Shown: positions 20,425 to 31,885, counted from the stretch's first letter. The stretch is DNA of 64,000 bases from an uncultured Bacilli bacterium (GCA_947627975.1 CANQYB010000002.1:4740-68739); one strand, 5' to 3'. Made by a program: numbers and translations. The notes: generated by a model from the letters alone, not told the origin.

Positions 20425-20975
20425 CTTAAATTATTTAAATGATCTTTAGTATATTTTAACCCATAATTAATAAAACTATAAATGATATTTTTGTAAAAAT
20501 AATAATTTTCTTCTAAATATTTATTTTCTTCTTTACTAAAATCACCTAAAACAAAATTAATTACATTATTAATATTATCATTTTTTATTCCTATTTTTAA
20601 TCTAGTAAATTCATCACTATTTAAGGAAGAAATAATAGATTTAATGCCATTATGTCCTCCACTACTACTATTATTTTTTAATTTGATATTTTTAAATATT
20701 ATATCAATATCATCTTGAACTACTAATATATCATCAATTTTTATTTTAAAATATTGAACAAATTTTACTACACATTCTCCTGAATTATTCATAAATGTCT
20801 GAGGTTTTAGAAAAATTACTTTCTCATTATTAATTGTAGTTTCATAATATAATCCTTGAAATTTAGTGGACCACTTATTAATTTTTAAAATGTTATCTAG
20901 AACCATAAAACCAATATTATGTCTATTATTTTTATATTTAATTCCGGGATTACCTAAACCTACTATCAGTTTCAT
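20421..20975 (-). CDS. pth: Peptidyl-tRNA hydrolase
   Basis: LIVGLGNPG..Y..RHN.GF is the N-terminal Pth motif; 184 aa. Confidence 0.9.
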   Translation of the reverse strand: MKLIVGLGNPGIKYKNNRHNIGFMVLDNILKINKWSTKFQGLYYETTINNEKVIFLKPQTFMNNSGECVVKFVQYFKIKIDDILVVQDDIDIIFKNIKLKNNSSSGGHNGIKSIISSLNSDEFTRLKIGIKNDNINNVINFVLGDFSKEENKYLEENYYFYKNIIYSFINYGLKYTKDHLNNLR

Positions 20976-21775
20976 ATTATCTCCTTCATAACATTATTTT
21001 CATCAACACTAAAATTGTAGATTTGCCCGTCAATTTCGACTTTAAATTCTCTTTTTAATATATTTACACTTCTTACTATTCCTTCTCCAAATTTAGTATC
21101 CACTGTTTTTCCAACTTGTGGTAAACCTACTAAACATTTAGAATATTCATCATCCTCATATTTTAAACAACATAGTAATCTTCCACAAGAACCATTTATT
21201 TTCGATGGGTTTAAAGAAATATTTTGATTTTTAGCCATGTTCATTGAAACTGAATCCATGTGTTTTAAAAAAGAAGAACAACACAAAATTTTTCCACATA
21301 CCCCAACTCCACCACATTTTGCAGCTCTATCTCTAGCACCAAGTTGTCTTAATTCAATTCTAGTTTTATAAATAGAAGCTAACCTTTTAGCTAATTCCCT
21401 AAAATCAACCCTTTCATCAGCATAAAAATTTAATAACAATTGATTTTTATCAAAAGTAAATGAGGCATCTATAAACGTCATTGATAAATCTAATTGTTTT
21501 GCAATATTTCTGGCTTTTTTTAAGGCTATTTGGGAAAGTTTTAAATTTTCTAAATATTGCTCTTCATCTTTTTTAGATGCTTTTCTAATAATATTTTTAT
21601 ATTCTTTAATATTTTTAACACTGGATTTGTCAATTAAATTTGTCACTTTTCCATATTGTAAACCTTTTTCAGTTTCAACAATTACTTTTGCATCTTTTTC
21701 TAATTCAAAATTTGAACCATCAAAATAATATTCTTTTCCATTGTTTTTAAAAATAACTCCATAAATTTTATTCAT
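20972..21775 (-). CDS. ricT: PSP1-domain protein YaaT/RicT (stage 0 sporulation, RNase Y regulator)
   Basis: PSP1 C-terminal domain with a Cys cluster (CCLKYEDDEY); adjacent to holB as in Bacillus. Confidence 0.8.
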   Translation of the reverse strand: MNKIYGVIFKNNGKEYYFDGSNFELEKDAKVIVETEKGLQYGKVTNLIDKSSVKNIKEYKNIIRKASKKDEEQYLENLKLSQIALKKARNIAKQLDLSMTFIDASFTFDKNQLLLNFYADERVDFRELAKRLASIYKTRIELRQLGARDRAAKCGGVGVCGKILCCSSFLKHMDSVSMNMAKNQNISLNPSKINGSCGRLLCCLKYEDDEYSKCLVGLPQVGKTVDTKFGEGIVRSVNILKREFKVEIDGQIYNFSVDENNVMKEII

Positions 21776-22589
21776 TTATTTTCCCCATTTCTATAGCAAA
21801 TTGATCCAGTAACATTTCTATATTAACATTAAATTGAATTTTTTGTATAGTATTATAGGTTAATTTCATTTTTTTAATTAATTTATCTGAATTATTATTT
21901 AGTAAATAATTTAAATCATTATCATAAATATTATTTTCATATGCCAGTTTATATAAATTCATAATTTCCTCTAAAATAACCTGAATTGCAAATTTATCTT
22001 TTAATACTTCTTCTAAAATTTGTTTTGTGTAAATTAAAGCATTATCGTTATTTGATTCAAGAATTTTTATATAATTTTTTATTATATCCTCATATTTAAA
22101 ATAATTACTATTAACATCATCTTTATATATAGCTTTTATTATTTGACATCTACTTTTTATGGTACTCATAACAGATTCTTTATTATTTGTTATCAAAAAC
22201 CCTAATATTTTTGTTGAAGGTTCTTCCATAAATTTTAACATGGTATTTGCTGAAGGTCCATTTAATCTTTCAGCATTAAATATTATATATATGTTATATT
22301 CTGTATAAACTGGTTCATATTTAAATTTATCTTTTAAATATAATATTTGCTCTTTCTTTATATTATTTCCATCACTTCTAATAGTTATTAATGATGGTAA
22401 TTCTTCTTTTTCTATCATTAATTCAATATTAGAATGCTCCATCATATTATTTTTTTCACAAATTTTAGTTAATAATTTTTTTAGTTCATTATAACATTTT
22501 TCATAATTATTTGTTTCAAGCAAAAAAGCGTGAGCTAGTTTATTCTCACAATATTTATCAAATAAATTTTGACTCCACTTTTCTAACAT
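21768..22589 (-). CDS. holB: DNA polymerase III delta' subunit
   Basis: AHAFLL motif, an AAA+-like fold without a full P-loop, and the holB-yaaT order. Confidence 0.65.
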   Translation of the reverse strand: MLEKWSQNLFDKYCENKLAHAFLLETNNYEKCYNELKKLLTKICEKNNMMEHSNIELMIEKEELPSLITIRSDGNNIKKEQILYLKDKFKYEPVYTEYNIYIIFNAERLNGPSANTMLKFMEEPSTKILGFLITNNKESVMSTIKSRCQIIKAIYKDDVNSNYFKYEDIIKNYIKILESNNDNALIYTKQILEEVLKDKFAIQVILEEIMNLYKLAYENNIYDNDLNYLLNNNSDKLIKKMKLTYNTIQKIQFNVNIEMLLDQFAIEMGKINE

Positions 22590-22604
22590 AATTCCACCTA
22601 CAAA

Positions 22605-22799
22605 TTAAATAATTATCATATACATTATAAATAATGAAACAATTCCTGGTAATCCCAAAAAAGTTGAAATTATTAATGTAAAAATATTGATAGGAATTAC
22701 AATATTCATAGATTCAAATATTAAATTAATACCATATAAACATATAAAAGCAAAACATATTTTTTTTATTAATCTAAAAATTATTTTAATAATAATCAC
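22605..22799 (-). CDS. bofA: Pro-sigma-K processing inhibitor BofA-like small membrane protein
   Basis: 64 aa, two TM segments; the C-terminal IPINIFTLIISTFLGLPGIVSLFIMY aligns with B. subtilis BofA VPINLVTTAISGILGIPGIAALVVI; it neighbours recR. Confidence 0.5.
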   Translation of the reverse strand: MIIIKIIFRLIKKICFAFICLYGINLIFESMNIVIPINIFTLIISTFLGLPGIVSLFIMYMIII

Positions 22800-22830
22800 C
22801 TCAATAATTATATGAGGTTGTCCATGTTTT

Positions 22831-23430
22831 TTATGATATTTTTTTCCTATCTTGTATAGCTTTATCTAAAGTTAAAGCATCTAAGTAATCAATTTCTGCA
22901 CCATGACTTATTCCATAAGATAATCTAGAAATTTCCACATTTTCATTTTCTAATATTTTCTTTAAATATAATGTAGTTGCCTCACCTTCAATAGACGATT
23001 TTAATGCAATAATCAATTCACAATTATTTAGTTTTCGACATCTATTTACTAATGATGAAATGTTTATATCATCTGGGCCAATACTATCAATTGGTGATAT
23101 TAAACCATTTAGCACATGATAAGTTCCATTATAATTGCCTATTTCTTCAAAATTAAAAACACTTTTTGAGTCCTCTAAAACACAAATTAATTTTTTATTT
23201 CTACTATCGTCAGAACAAATGTCACATAAATCTTTATCAGTAATAAATCCACAATTTTTACAAGGATGTAATTTAAATTTACATTCTTTTATTGTGTTAG
23301 AAAATTCTTCTACTTTATCCTTATCAATATCTATAATCGATAAAGCAAATCTTTCTGCTGTTTTTTTGCCAATTCCAGGTAACATTTTAAAAAAATTAAT
23401 TGTTTTTTCTAATGATTCTGGGTATATCAT
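22831..23430 (-). CDS. recR: Recombination protein RecR
   Basis: HhH N-terminus, a C4 zinc finger (CKNCGF..CDIC) and a Toprim domain; 199 aa. Confidence 0.9.
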   Translation of the reverse strand: MIYPESLEKTINFFKMLPGIGKKTAERFALSIIDIDKDKVEEFSNTIKECKFKLHPCKNCGFITDKDLCDICSDDSRNKKLICVLEDSKSVFNFEEIGNYNGTYHVLNGLISPIDSIGPDDINISSLVNRCRKLNNCELIIALKSSIEGEATTLYLKKILENENVEISRLSYGISHGAEIDYLDALTLDKAIQDRKKIS

Positions 23431-23724
23431 TTAAAATAGTCCATTTAAAGAGTTTCCATATACTCCCATTACTTCTTCAGTTTTATCATTAATTTTTTTC
23501 ATTGCATCATTGTAGGCAATTTTAATCATATCTTCAAGCATTTCTTTATCATCTATTACTACATCATCACTAATTTTAACCATTAATAATTCTTTATTAC
23601 CATTAAATTTTAATTCCACCCATTGAGATTTTCCTAAAAATTCTTGATTATTTAATTCTTCCTTTTTTTTCATAATTTCTCTTTGCATCTTTTGAGCTTG
23701 TGCCATAATATTTTGCATATTCAT
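23431..23724 (-). CDS. ebfC: Nucleoid-associated protein YbaB/EbfC
   Basis: MNMQNIMAQAQKMQREIMKKKEEL... is the characteristic YbaB sequence, between dnaX and recR. Confidence 0.85.
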   Translation of the reverse strand: MNMQNIMAQAQKMQREIMKKKEELNNQEFLGKSQWVELKFNGNKELLMVKISDDVVIDDKEMLEDMIKIAYNDAMKKINDKTEEVMGVYGNSLNGLF

Positions 23725-23739
23725 ATTAATTCACCTTCC

Positions 23740-25398
23740 TTATTTTATTTCAATAATTTCTTTAGAAAATAAATCCATAACAGTATTTTCTAATTCACTA
23801 CCTTTATCTTTTTTTTCTTTTTCTTTATTATTTTTTAATAAATCTTCTTTCATATTATATTTTATATTTTTTTTAATATTATTAGCATAAATAATTTTTT
23901 CTTTATTAAATTCTTTTTCCGTAATAGCTATAAATTTATATTTAAAATTTTTAAATTTCTCAAATAAATTCTCGATTTCTATTATCTTTTGGTTAATTAA
24001 ATTTGCTTGTATAATATCTTCAGTAGAAATAATAGCATATTCATCTGATGCAGCAACAATTTTAGTATCCAAAATAATTGATAAAAATTCTTTATTATTT
24101 TCTTTTATGTATTCTATAAATTTATTCCAAAAATTATTTAATTCTATTTTTTTATCTTTATTTGCTTTACAAAAACAATTATTTATTCTTATTGAAATTA
24201 TTTCCCGGGAAATAATTTTATCATCTTCAACCATTTTATTTTCAATATCTTTATTTTCATCAATATTATTAATTTTAACTTTTTCATCAACTTTTTCGAT
24301 GCTAATTATTTTCTCATCATTTTGTTTTTCAATATTTATTTTTTCATTTTCAATTTTAGTTATATTTTGAGATTTATTATCAACATCTATATAAGATAAT
24401 AAAATAATTTCGATTAAATTAAAAGGATTTGTTAATAATTTTAAATTATCCAACTTATCTGTTAATTCATACATTAATTTTTTTATTTTTTCAAATATCA
24501 GATTATTATTTAATTCAAATTTATATTTCAAAGCTTCGTCTTTTAAATATAATAATAACTTTTCAATAAATATTTTATAATCTGTATTATTTTCTTTTAA
24601 TATTTTAATATTATCAATTAATTTTTTATTATTATTTAGAATTAATGATTCAACTATATCTTTTATAATTTTATGAGAAACATTTCCTAATAAATTATTG
24701 ACATCATCAATAGATATTTTTCCATTATTATTAAGTTGATCAAGTATACTTAAAGCATCTCTTAATCCACCATCACTAATTAATGAAATTTCATTTAAAG
24801 ATTCGTCACTAATTTTAATATTTTCTTCTTCAGAAATAAATTTCAAATAATTAAATATTTCTTTAGAATCTAATTTCTTAAAATCAAACCTTTGGCATCT
24901 AGAAAGAATTGTAATAGGTACTTTTTGAATGTCCGTAGTAGCCATTATAAATATAACATGACTAGGAGGCTCTTCTAGTGTTTTTAATAAAGCATTAAAT
25001 GCTTCCGTAGTTATCATATGAAATTCATCAATAATATATATTTTATATTTAGAATTTGTTGGCAAAACATTAATATTATTTCTTAGTTCTCTTATTTCAT
25101 TGATACCGTTATTTGAAGCAGCATCAATCTCAATTATATCAGGACTATCATTATAAGTTAAACAGTTTTGACATTCATTACATGATACACCATTTTTTCT
25201 ATTTAAACAGTTAATTGTTTTAGCAAAAACCTTAGCAGTGGAAGTTTTACCTGTTCCTCGAGGGCCTGAAAAAATATAAGCATGTGATATTTTATTAGAC
25301 AATATAGAATTTTTTAAAGTTTGAATAATATACTTTTGTCCCACAATACCATCAAAATCTTTTGGTCTATATTTTCTATATAAAACTTTATAATTCAT
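23740..25398 (-). CDS. dnaX: DNA polymerase III subunit gamma/tau
   Basis: GPRGTGKTS Walker A, a Cys4 zinc module (CLNRKNGVSCNECQNC), the box VII SRC motif, and a Lys/Asn-rich tau-like C-terminus. Confidence 0.9.
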   Translation of the reverse strand: MNYKVLYRKYRPKDFDGIVGQKYIIQTLKNSILSNKISHAYIFSGPRGTGKTSTAKVFAKTINCLNRKNGVSCNECQNCLTYNDSPDIIEIDAASNNGINEIRELRNNINVLPTNSKYKIYIIDEFHMITTEAFNALLKTLEEPPSHVIFIMATTDIQKVPITILSRCQRFDFKKLDSKEIFNYLKFISEEENIKISDESLNEISLISDGGLRDALSILDQLNNNGKISIDDVNNLLGNVSHKIIKDIVESLILNNNKKLIDNIKILKENNTDYKIFIEKLLLYLKDEALKYKFELNNNLIFEKIKKLMYELTDKLDNLKLLTNPFNLIEIILLSYIDVDNKSQNITKIENEKINIEKQNDEKIISIEKVDEKVKINNIDENKDIENKMVEDDKIISREIISIRINNCFCKANKDKKIELNNFWNKFIEYIKENNKEFLSIILDTKIVAASDEYAIISTEDIIQANLINQKIIEIENLFEKFKNFKYKFIAITEKEFNKEKIIYANNIKKNIKYNMKEDLLKNNKEKEKKDKGSELENTVMDLFSKEIIEIK

Positions 25399-25441
25399 AA
25401 CACCCTCCTTAATTTATTATAACAAAAAAAGATTATTATTA

Positions 25442-25861
25442 CTATCTAATATTTTTAAAAAAGTTTGATAATAAATTTTTATAATTAATACTTAATTTTT
25501 TATATTTATAGAACATATGTTCATATTTTGTTTTGTTATATTCATTATTATCTAATTTTTTAGTAATTAAATAATAAACATTTTTTATTCTAGATTCATT
25601 TATTACTTTTTCACACATACTACATGGTTTTAGTGTTACGTATAAATCGCAATCATCTAATCGCCAATCTTTTATTTTTTTTTGAGCTTTAATTATTGCA
25701 TTAATTTCTGCATGAGAAGTAACAATATTTGTTTTTAATCTGCTGTTATGAGATTTAGAAATAACTTTATTATTTTTTACAATAACACATCCAACTGGAA
25801 CTTCATTTTTTCTATATGATTTTAAAGCTTCTTTAATAGCTAATTCAAAATAATACTTCAT
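25442..25861 (-). CDS. tadA: tRNA-specific adenosine deaminase
   Basis: HAEINAI and PCSMC deaminase zinc motifs; the likely start is MKYYFELAIKEA, downstream of the first ATG. Confidence 0.85.
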   Translation of the reverse strand: MKYYFELAIKEALKSYRKNEVPVGCVIVKNNKVISKSHNSRLKTNIVTSHAEINAIIKAQKKIKDWRLDDCDLYVTLKPCSMCEKVINESRIKNVYYLITKKLDNNEYNKTKYEHMFYKYKKLSINYKNLLSNFFKNIR

Positions 25862-25877
25862 TTTTTTCCTTTCAAAT

Positions 25878-25962
25878 AAAAAGTGCACACAAATAGAGAT
25901 TGATGTGGCTGCTGTATTCCTACTCTGACCAGATTACAATATATTTGTTGCACAAATAAATT
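25878..25962 (-). ncRNA. ffs: Small (4.5S-type) signal recognition particle RNA
   Basis: Minus-strand sequence ..CUGGUCAGAGUAGGAAUACAGCAGCCACA.. matches the SRP domain IV consensus GGUCAGGUCCGGAAGGAAGCAGCCA. It is flanked by pairing 5' UUGUGCAAC / 3' GUGUGCAC arms. The position between tadA and dnaX matches the Bacillus scr locus. Confidence 0.6.
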
Positions 25963-26016
25963 ATAACAAATTAATATTATTAATTCAAGAATCATTATTT
26001 TTATATTTTAAATTTA

Positions 26017-26069
26017 ATGTTTCACGTGAAACATATTATTAAAGAGCAAAAATGTTTCACGTGAAACAT
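26017..26069. repeat. Two copies of the perfect 18-bp palindrome ATGTTTCACGTGAAACAT separated by 17 nt
   Basis: Copies at 26017-26034 and 26052-26069; the second is followed by TTTTTTC. Possible terminator for the gyrBA operon and/or an operator. Confidence 0.7.
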
Positions 26070-26329
26070 TTTTTCTTTTAATCGAATTTTCTAAAATTAT
26101 GATTATTGATATGATTCTTACAACATTTAATTTTAACAGAATTATAATTTTTATTGAATTTTTTATTTTCATATAAATAAGGTTTAGTATAATTTGGTAT
26201 TCGTTCATTTATAATCTTAGAATTTTCTAATATAAATAATTCATTTAATAAAAATAATCTATATAAATAGTGAATAACTGAATCATATTTTGATATACTT
26301 TTATTCATTTTAAAACCTCCCTTTAAATA

Positions 26330-28858
26330 TTAATTTTCTTCTTCAATTTCTTCATTTTCTTTATTTACTAAACTAATTTCAGCAACTTTTTGATTTTCTT
26401 TCAAATTAATTAATTTAACTCCTTGAGTAACTCTTCCTAACGTAGAAATTTGACTTAATGGAGTTCTTATTATCATACCTGAATCAGTTATAATCATTAA
26501 ATCTTGGTTTTCTTCAACGATTTTAAATGAAGCAATTGTTCCATTTTTTTCAGTAATACTTAAAGCTTTTACTCCTTTACTACCTCTTTTAGTTTGTCTA
26601 TATTCAGATACATTAGTTTTTTTACCATATCCTTTTTCAGTTACAATTAGTACTTGATTATCTTCATTAGTTACTTCTGAACCAATACATTCTGAACCAT
26701 CTAAATTAATTCCTTTTACACCTGTTGCAGTTCTTCCCATAACTCTAACTTCATTTTCATTAAATTTTACCATTCTACCATTAGATGAACCAATTAAAAC
26801 TATATCATTTCCAGTAGTTTTTCTTACGGAAATTAAAGAATCATTATTTTTAAGACTAATACAAATTTTGCCAGTTGCTCTTATATTATCAAAATCACTT
26901 ATTCTAGTCTTTTTAACAATACCTTTTTTAGTAGCAAACATCAAATATTTATATTTTTCTTCGCTATTATTTAATTTAATTATTGAATTTATTTTTTCAT
27001 CTTTTTCAATTTGTAATAAATTAACTATCGGTATTCCTTTCGCTTGGCGGCTAAATTCTGGTATCTCATATCCTTTTAATCTATAAACTTTTCCCTTATT
27101 AGTAAAGAATAAAACATAATCATGTGTTGATAAATTAATCAAGTGTTTTACATAATCTTCTTCGTTAGTTGACATTCCTTTTACACCCGTTCCGCCTCTA
27201 TTTTGAACTTTATATGTATCAGAATTTAATCTTTTAATATAACCATTGTTTGTTAAAGTAATTATTATATTTTCCTCTGGAATCAATGATTCATCTTCAA
27301 TATAATCAATTGCTGTCATATCAATTGTTGTTCTTCGATCATCAGAATATTTATTTTTTATTTCAGTTAATTCTTCTTTTATAATATTCAAGACTTTTTG
27401 TTCTGATGCAAGAATTGATTTATATTCTTCTATTTTTAATAACAAATCTTTTAATTCTTCCTCAATTTTAGATCTTTCTAAACCTGTTAATCTTCTTAAT
27501 TTTAATTCTAAGATATTATCAGTTTGAATTAAAGATAAATTAAATTTATTCATTAATGTTTCTCTTGCAATTTGATCGGTTTTAGATGATTTTATAATTT
27601 TTATTACTTCATCTATATTATCTAAAGCTATTTTATATCCTTCTAAAATATGAACTCTATTTTCAGATTTATTTAATTCAAAACGAGTTCTTCTAATTAT
27701 AACTTCTTTTTGATGGTCAATATATTTAGAAATAATTGATTTTAAATCTAAAGTTTTTGGAATTAAGCCATCTAGCATTAATAATATTATGCTATAAGTA
27801 GTTTGAAAAGCTGTATGTTTATATAAATTATTTAAAACAACTTGTGGATTCGCATCTTTTTTTAAAGTAATAGTTATTTTTACTCCATTTTTTAAATCTG
27901 TATGATAATCTGAAATTCCATCAATAATTTTATTGTGAACAAGTTCAGCTACTTTATTTTTTAAATCAAAAGTATTTATTCCATAAGGAACTTCAGTAAT
28001 AATAATATTACTGTGTCCTTTGTGTTCTTCAATTATAGCTTTACTTCTTATTGTTATAGTACCTCTTCCAGTTTCATAAGCCTTCTTAATACCAGAATTT
28101 CCTAAAATTATACCTCCTGTAGGAAAGTCTGGTCCTTTTATATAATTCATAAGACCTAAAACATCAATATCAGGATTATCTATATAAGCAATACAACCAT
28201 CAATTACTTCGCCAAGATTATGAGGAGGAATATTAGTTGCCATTCCAACAGCTATTCCCATTGTTCCGTTAACTAAAATATTAGGAAATTTTGATGGCAA
28301 AACTTTAGGTTCTTTAGTAGTTTCATCAAAGTTTGGATCAAAATCAACTGTATCTTTATTTATATCTCTTAAAAGTTCCAATGAAATTTTTGATAATCTA
28401 GATTCTGTATAACGCATTGCTGCTGCTCCATCACCTTCAATATTACCAAAGTTACCATGACCATCAACAAGTAAATATCTTTGACTAAAATTTTGAGCCA
28501 TTCTAACCATTGCTTCATATATAGATGAATCTCCATGTGGATGATAGTGTCCCATAACATAACCAACTGTAGTTGCTGATTTTCTGTGAGGTTTATCGGG
28601 TGTATAACCTGATTCATACATTGACCATAAAATTCTTCGATGAACAGGTTTTAATCCATCTCTTAAATCTGGTAGTGCACGAGAAGCAATAACGCTCATT
28701 GAATAACTTAAAAATGATTTTTCAACTTCATCTACAATATTATTTTCAGTTAATTTATCTCTTTCATGAAAAACACCATTAAATTCATTTTCTTCACTAG
28801 TATTTTCTTCATTTATTATTTCATTTTCATTTTCTATATTTTTATTTTCACTATCCAT
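26330..28858 (-). CDS. gyrA: DNA gyrase subunit A
   Basis: Active-site Tyr region AAAMRYTE, the QRDR, and a C-terminal beta-pinwheel; 842 aa. Confidence 0.95.
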   Translation of the reverse strand: MDSENKNIENENEIINEENTSEENEFNGVFHERDKLTENNIVDEVEKSFLSYSMSVIASRALPDLRDGLKPVHRRILWSMYESGYTPDKPHRKSATTVGYVMGHYHPHGDSSIYEAMVRMAQNFSQRYLLVDGHGNFGNIEGDGAAAMRYTESRLSKISLELLRDINKDTVDFDPNFDETTKEPKVLPSKFPNILVNGTMGIAVGMATNIPPHNLGEVIDGCIAYIDNPDIDVLGLMNYIKGPDFPTGGIILGNSGIKKAYETGRGTITIRSKAIIEEHKGHSNIIITEVPYGINTFDLKNKVAELVHNKIIDGISDYHTDLKNGVKITITLKKDANPQVVLNNLYKHTAFQTTYSIILLMLDGLIPKTLDLKSIISKYIDHQKEVIIRRTRFELNKSENRVHILEGYKIALDNIDEVIKIIKSSKTDQIARETLMNKFNLSLIQTDNILELKLRRLTGLERSKIEEELKDLLLKIEEYKSILASEQKVLNIIKEELTEIKNKYSDDRRTTIDMTAIDYIEDESLIPEENIIITLTNNGYIKRLNSDTYKVQNRGGTGVKGMSTNEEDYVKHLINLSTHDYVLFFTNKGKVYRLKGYEIPEFSRQAKGIPIVNLLQIEKDEKINSIIKLNNSEEKYKYLMFATKKGIVKKTRISDFDNIRATGKICISLKNNDSLISVRKTTGNDIVLIGSSNGRMVKFNENEVRVMGRTATGVKGINLDGSECIGSEVTNEDNQVLIVTEKGYGKKTNVSEYRQTKRGSKGVKALSITEKNGTIASFKIVEENQDLMIITDSGMIIRTPLSQISTLGRVTQGVKLINLKENQKVAEISLVNKENEEIEEEN

Positions 28859-28869
28859 TTTATACCTCC

Positions 28870-30795
28870 CTAAATATCAAGATTTTCAACATAACCAGCT
28901 TGTTCTTCAATAAATTTTCTTCTTGGTTCAACATCATCACCCATTAACTTAGAAAAAACAGCATCTGCTTTAACACAATCATCAACAGTTATTTGTCTTA
29001 AAGTTCTAGATTCTATATCCATCGTTGTTTCATTTAATTCATCGGGATCCATTTCTCCTAAACCTTTCATACGAGCTATTTCTGCTCTTTGTCTAATATT
29101 TTCAGGTAAAGAAACTAAATATTGTTCCTTTTCTTCATCAGTTAAAACATATTTTCGAACTTTTCCATGGGATATTCTAAATAATGGTGGTTGTGCAGCA
29201 TAAACATGACCTTTTTCAACAATTGGTCTAAAAAATCTATAAAATAAAGTTAATAATAATACTCTAATATGGGCTCCATCAACATCGGCATCTGTCATTA
29301 TAATTATTTTATCATATCTCAATTTATCCAAATCAAATTCATCACCAATACCTGTTCCAAAAGCCGTAATTATTGTCCTTATTTCTTCATTATTTAATGC
29401 TCTATCTAATCTATTTTTTTCAACATTTAAAATTTTTCCTCTAAGAGGCAGTATTGCTTGAGTCATTGAATCTCTACCTTCTTTGGCAGATCCACCAGCT
29501 GAATCACCCTCGACAATAAAAATTTCTGATACTTTAGGATCTTTACTTTTACAATCAGATAATTTTCCATAAAAATTAGTTATAGTTAAATCTCCTTTAC
29601 GAGAAATTTCCCTTGCTTTTTTTGCAGCATTTCTAGCACGACATGCAAGCATAGATTTTTCAACAATTAATTTAGCTTCATCAGGATTTTCCAGTAAAAA
29701 TTTTTCAAATCCCTTTGAAAAAACATTATCAGCTAATTTTCTAACTTCAGAATTTCCAAGCCTTCCTTTAGTTTGACCTTCAAATTGAGGATTGGGATGT
29801 TTACAAGAAATAATCATTGTAAGTCCTTCTTTAACATCTTCACCTGTTAAAGATTCATCTTTTTCTTTTAAAATATTATTTTTTCGAGCATAATTATTTA
29901 TAACTCTTGTTAATGCTCTTTTAACTCCTTCTTCATGAGTTCCACCATCATGAGTGTTAATATTATTAACAAACGAATATATATTTTCGTTATATCCAGT
30001 GTTATATTGCATTGCAACTTCAAACATAACACCATCATCTTCACCTTCTAAATGAATAATATCTTCATGTATAGGTGTTTTTCCTTGGTTTATAAACTTA
30101 ACATACTCAGAAATACCACCTTCATATATAAATGTATCCCCAGTAGTATCTTTTTCATCTCTATCATCTCTTAAAGTAAGTCTCAATCCTTTATTTAAAA
30201 AAGCAAGTTCTCTAACACGAGTTAATAAAGTATTATAATCATATATTTCAGTATCAAATATATCTGGGTCTGGTTTAAATGTTACATGAGTTCCAGTTCG
30301 ATTTTTTTCGCATGTGCCAATTTCTTTTAAAGATTCTACTGTATGTCCACCATTTTCAAAGCGAATATAATATATTTTTTCATTTTTATAAACTTTTACT
30401 TCTACCCACTTTGATAAAGCATTTACAACAGATGCTCCAACTCCATGAAGTCCTCCAGATACTTTGTATCCACCTCCACCAAATTTTCCACCGGCATGTA
30501 ATACAGTATATACCGTTTCAACTGTACTTTTTTTAGTTTTAGGATGTATATCAACAGGTATTCCTCTTCCATCATCTTTAACTGTTATACTATTATCTTT
30601 ATTAATTATAATTTCTATATTTTCACAATAACCAGCTAAAGCCTCATCAATTGAATTATCCACAATTTCCCATACTAAATGATGTAAGCCCTTAACATCT
30701 GTTGTACCTATATACATACCTGGTCTTTTTCTAACTGCTTCTAATCCTTCCAAAACTTGAATATCTGATGCATCATAATGTTCATTATTTTTCAT
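28870..30795 (-). CDS. gyrB: DNA gyrase subunit B
   Basis: GHKL ATPase, Toprim EGDSAGG and [11 protein letters not shown] motifs. The start is taken at MKNNEHY; the first in-frame ATG at 30816 would overlap recF further. Confidence 0.95.
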   Translation of the reverse strand: MKNNEHYDASDIQVLEGLEAVRKRPGMYIGTTDVKGLHHLVWEIVDNSIDEALAGYCENIEIIINKDNSITVKDDGRGIPVDIHPKTKKSTVETVYTVLHAGGKFGGGGYKVSGGLHGVGASVVNALSKWVEVKVYKNEKIYYIRFENGGHTVESLKEIGTCEKNRTGTHVTFKPDPDIFDTEIYDYNTLLTRVRELAFLNKGLRLTLRDDRDEKDTTGDTFIYEGGISEYVKFINQGKTPIHEDIIHLEGEDDGVMFEVAMQYNTGYNENIYSFVNNINTHDGGTHEEGVKRALTRVINNYARKNNILKEKDESLTGEDVKEGLTMIISCKHPNPQFEGQTKGRLGNSEVRKLADNVFSKGFEKFLLENPDEAKLIVEKSMLACRARNAAKKAREISRKGDLTITNFYGKLSDCKSKDPKVSEIFIVEGDSAGGSAKEGRDSMTQAILPLRGKILNVEKNRLDRALNNEEIRTIITAFGTGIGDEFDLDKLRYDKIIIMTDADVDGAHIRVLLLTLFYRFFRPIVEKGHVYAAQPPLFRISHGKVRKYVLTDEEKEQYLVSLPENIRQRAEIARMKGLGEMDPDELNETTMDIESRTLRQITVDDCVKADAVFSKLMGDDVEPRRKFIEEQAGYVENLDI

Positions 30796-31885
30796 ATATT
30801 TTTTCCTCCACTCCATTTTCAGTTATAATAAATATTTTACTATTTTTCAAAATTTCTTCTTTAACATTAAAAATATTAGTTGTTGTAATAAATATTTGAA
30901 TATTTTTATTTAATAATTTCATAATATTATTAATTTTATTATCATCCAGTGAACTATTTAAATCATCTAAAATTAAAATTGGATATTCTCCTTTTAATTT
31001 TTTAAATATTTCTATTTCTGCCAATTTTAAAGAAAGTATGGCATTTTTTTGTTGTCCTTCTGAACCATAATCTCGTAAATTATCTTCTGAAAGTAAAAAA
31101 ATTAAATCATCATGATGTATTCCAAATTGAGTTATTCCTAATGATAAATCCTTCTCAAAAAAATCTTTATATTTTTTAACTAATTGCTTTTTATTTAAAT
31201 TATTATAAGAAGATTCATATTTTATTAATAAACCATCAATACCAGTTATTTTTTTATAAAAATAATTAATATTTTCATTTATTTTATCAATAAAATTTTT
31301 TCTTTCAATATTTATTTTTAGTCCTAATTCAATTAATTTATCAGTTAAAATATCTAAATAATCTTTTGATGAAAAACTATTTAAATATAAAGTTTTTAAA
31401 TAAGAATTTCTCTGTTTTAAAACTTTATTATATTCATTTAATAATTTTAAATAACTATTATTTAACTGAGAAATTTCAATATTTAATAATTTTCTTCTAT
31501 AATTTGGAGAATTTTTGATTATTTTTAAATCATCGGGAGAAAATAAAATTATATTTATATTTGAAATATAATCACTTAATTTTTCTTGTTTTTTATTATC
31601 TATTTTTACTTTTTTTCCAGCTGTAGATAATATAACTTGATAATTTTTTTTTAAATTAGTTAAAATATTTCCCTCAATTTTAGTACTAATAGAATTTTTT
31701 TTAATTATAATTTGTTCGTTGCTAGATCTAAATGTTTTTGTGAAGCCTAAAATGTATATACTTTCAATTAAATTTGTTTTTCCCATACCATTATTGCCAA
31801 TTATTATATTTGTACTTGGAATAAAATTTAAATTTATTTTTTCATAATTACGAAAATTTGTAAGTTTTAAATCTAGTATTTGCAT
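30785..31885 (-). CDS. recF: DNA replication and repair protein RecF
   Basis: Walker [10 protein letters not shown], the SMC-like signature YGSEGQQK and ILILDD Walker B; 366 aa. Confidence 0.9.
   Translation of the reverse strand: MQILDLKLTNFRNYEKINLNFIPSTNIIIGNNGMGKTNLIESIYILGFTKTFRSSNEQIIIKKNSISTKIEGNILTNLKKNYQVILSTAGKKVKIDNKKQEKLSDYISNINIILFSPDDLKIIKNSPNYRRKLLNIEISQLNNSYLKLLNEYNKVLKQRNSYLKTLYLNSFSSKDYLDILTDKLIELGLKINIERKNFIDKINENINYFYKKITGIDGLLIKYESSYNNLNKKQLVKKYKDFFEKDLSLGITQFGIHHDDLIFLLSEDNLRDYGSEGQQKNAILSLKLAEIEIFKKLKGEYPILILDDLNSSLDDNKINNIMKLLNKNIQIFITTTNIFNVKEEILKNSKIFIITENGVEEKIYEK

Noticed and set aside
22605-22799. Whether the 64-aa membrane ORF between holB and recR is just an AT-rich artefact
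   Set aside because: This possibility was considered and not adopted. The C-terminal LGLPGIVSLF segment aligns with the BofA LGIPGIAALV segment, and the bofA-recR neighbourhood is conserved in Bacillus. The ORF is retained as a probable bofA.
26014-26308. Small ORFs of 64 aa and 76 aa downstream of gyrA, overlapping the palindrome region
   Set aside because: They overlap each other and the parS/terminator palindromes, are Asn/Lys/Ile-rich and low in complexity, and have no RBS. Probably non-coding spacer; kept only as a low-probability small protein.
28369-28617. An 82-aa same-strand internal ORF within gyrA, with similar cases at 18627-18809 in mfd and 16668-16850 opposite ppa
   Set aside because: Alternative-frame ORFs inside well-conserved genes with no independent support.
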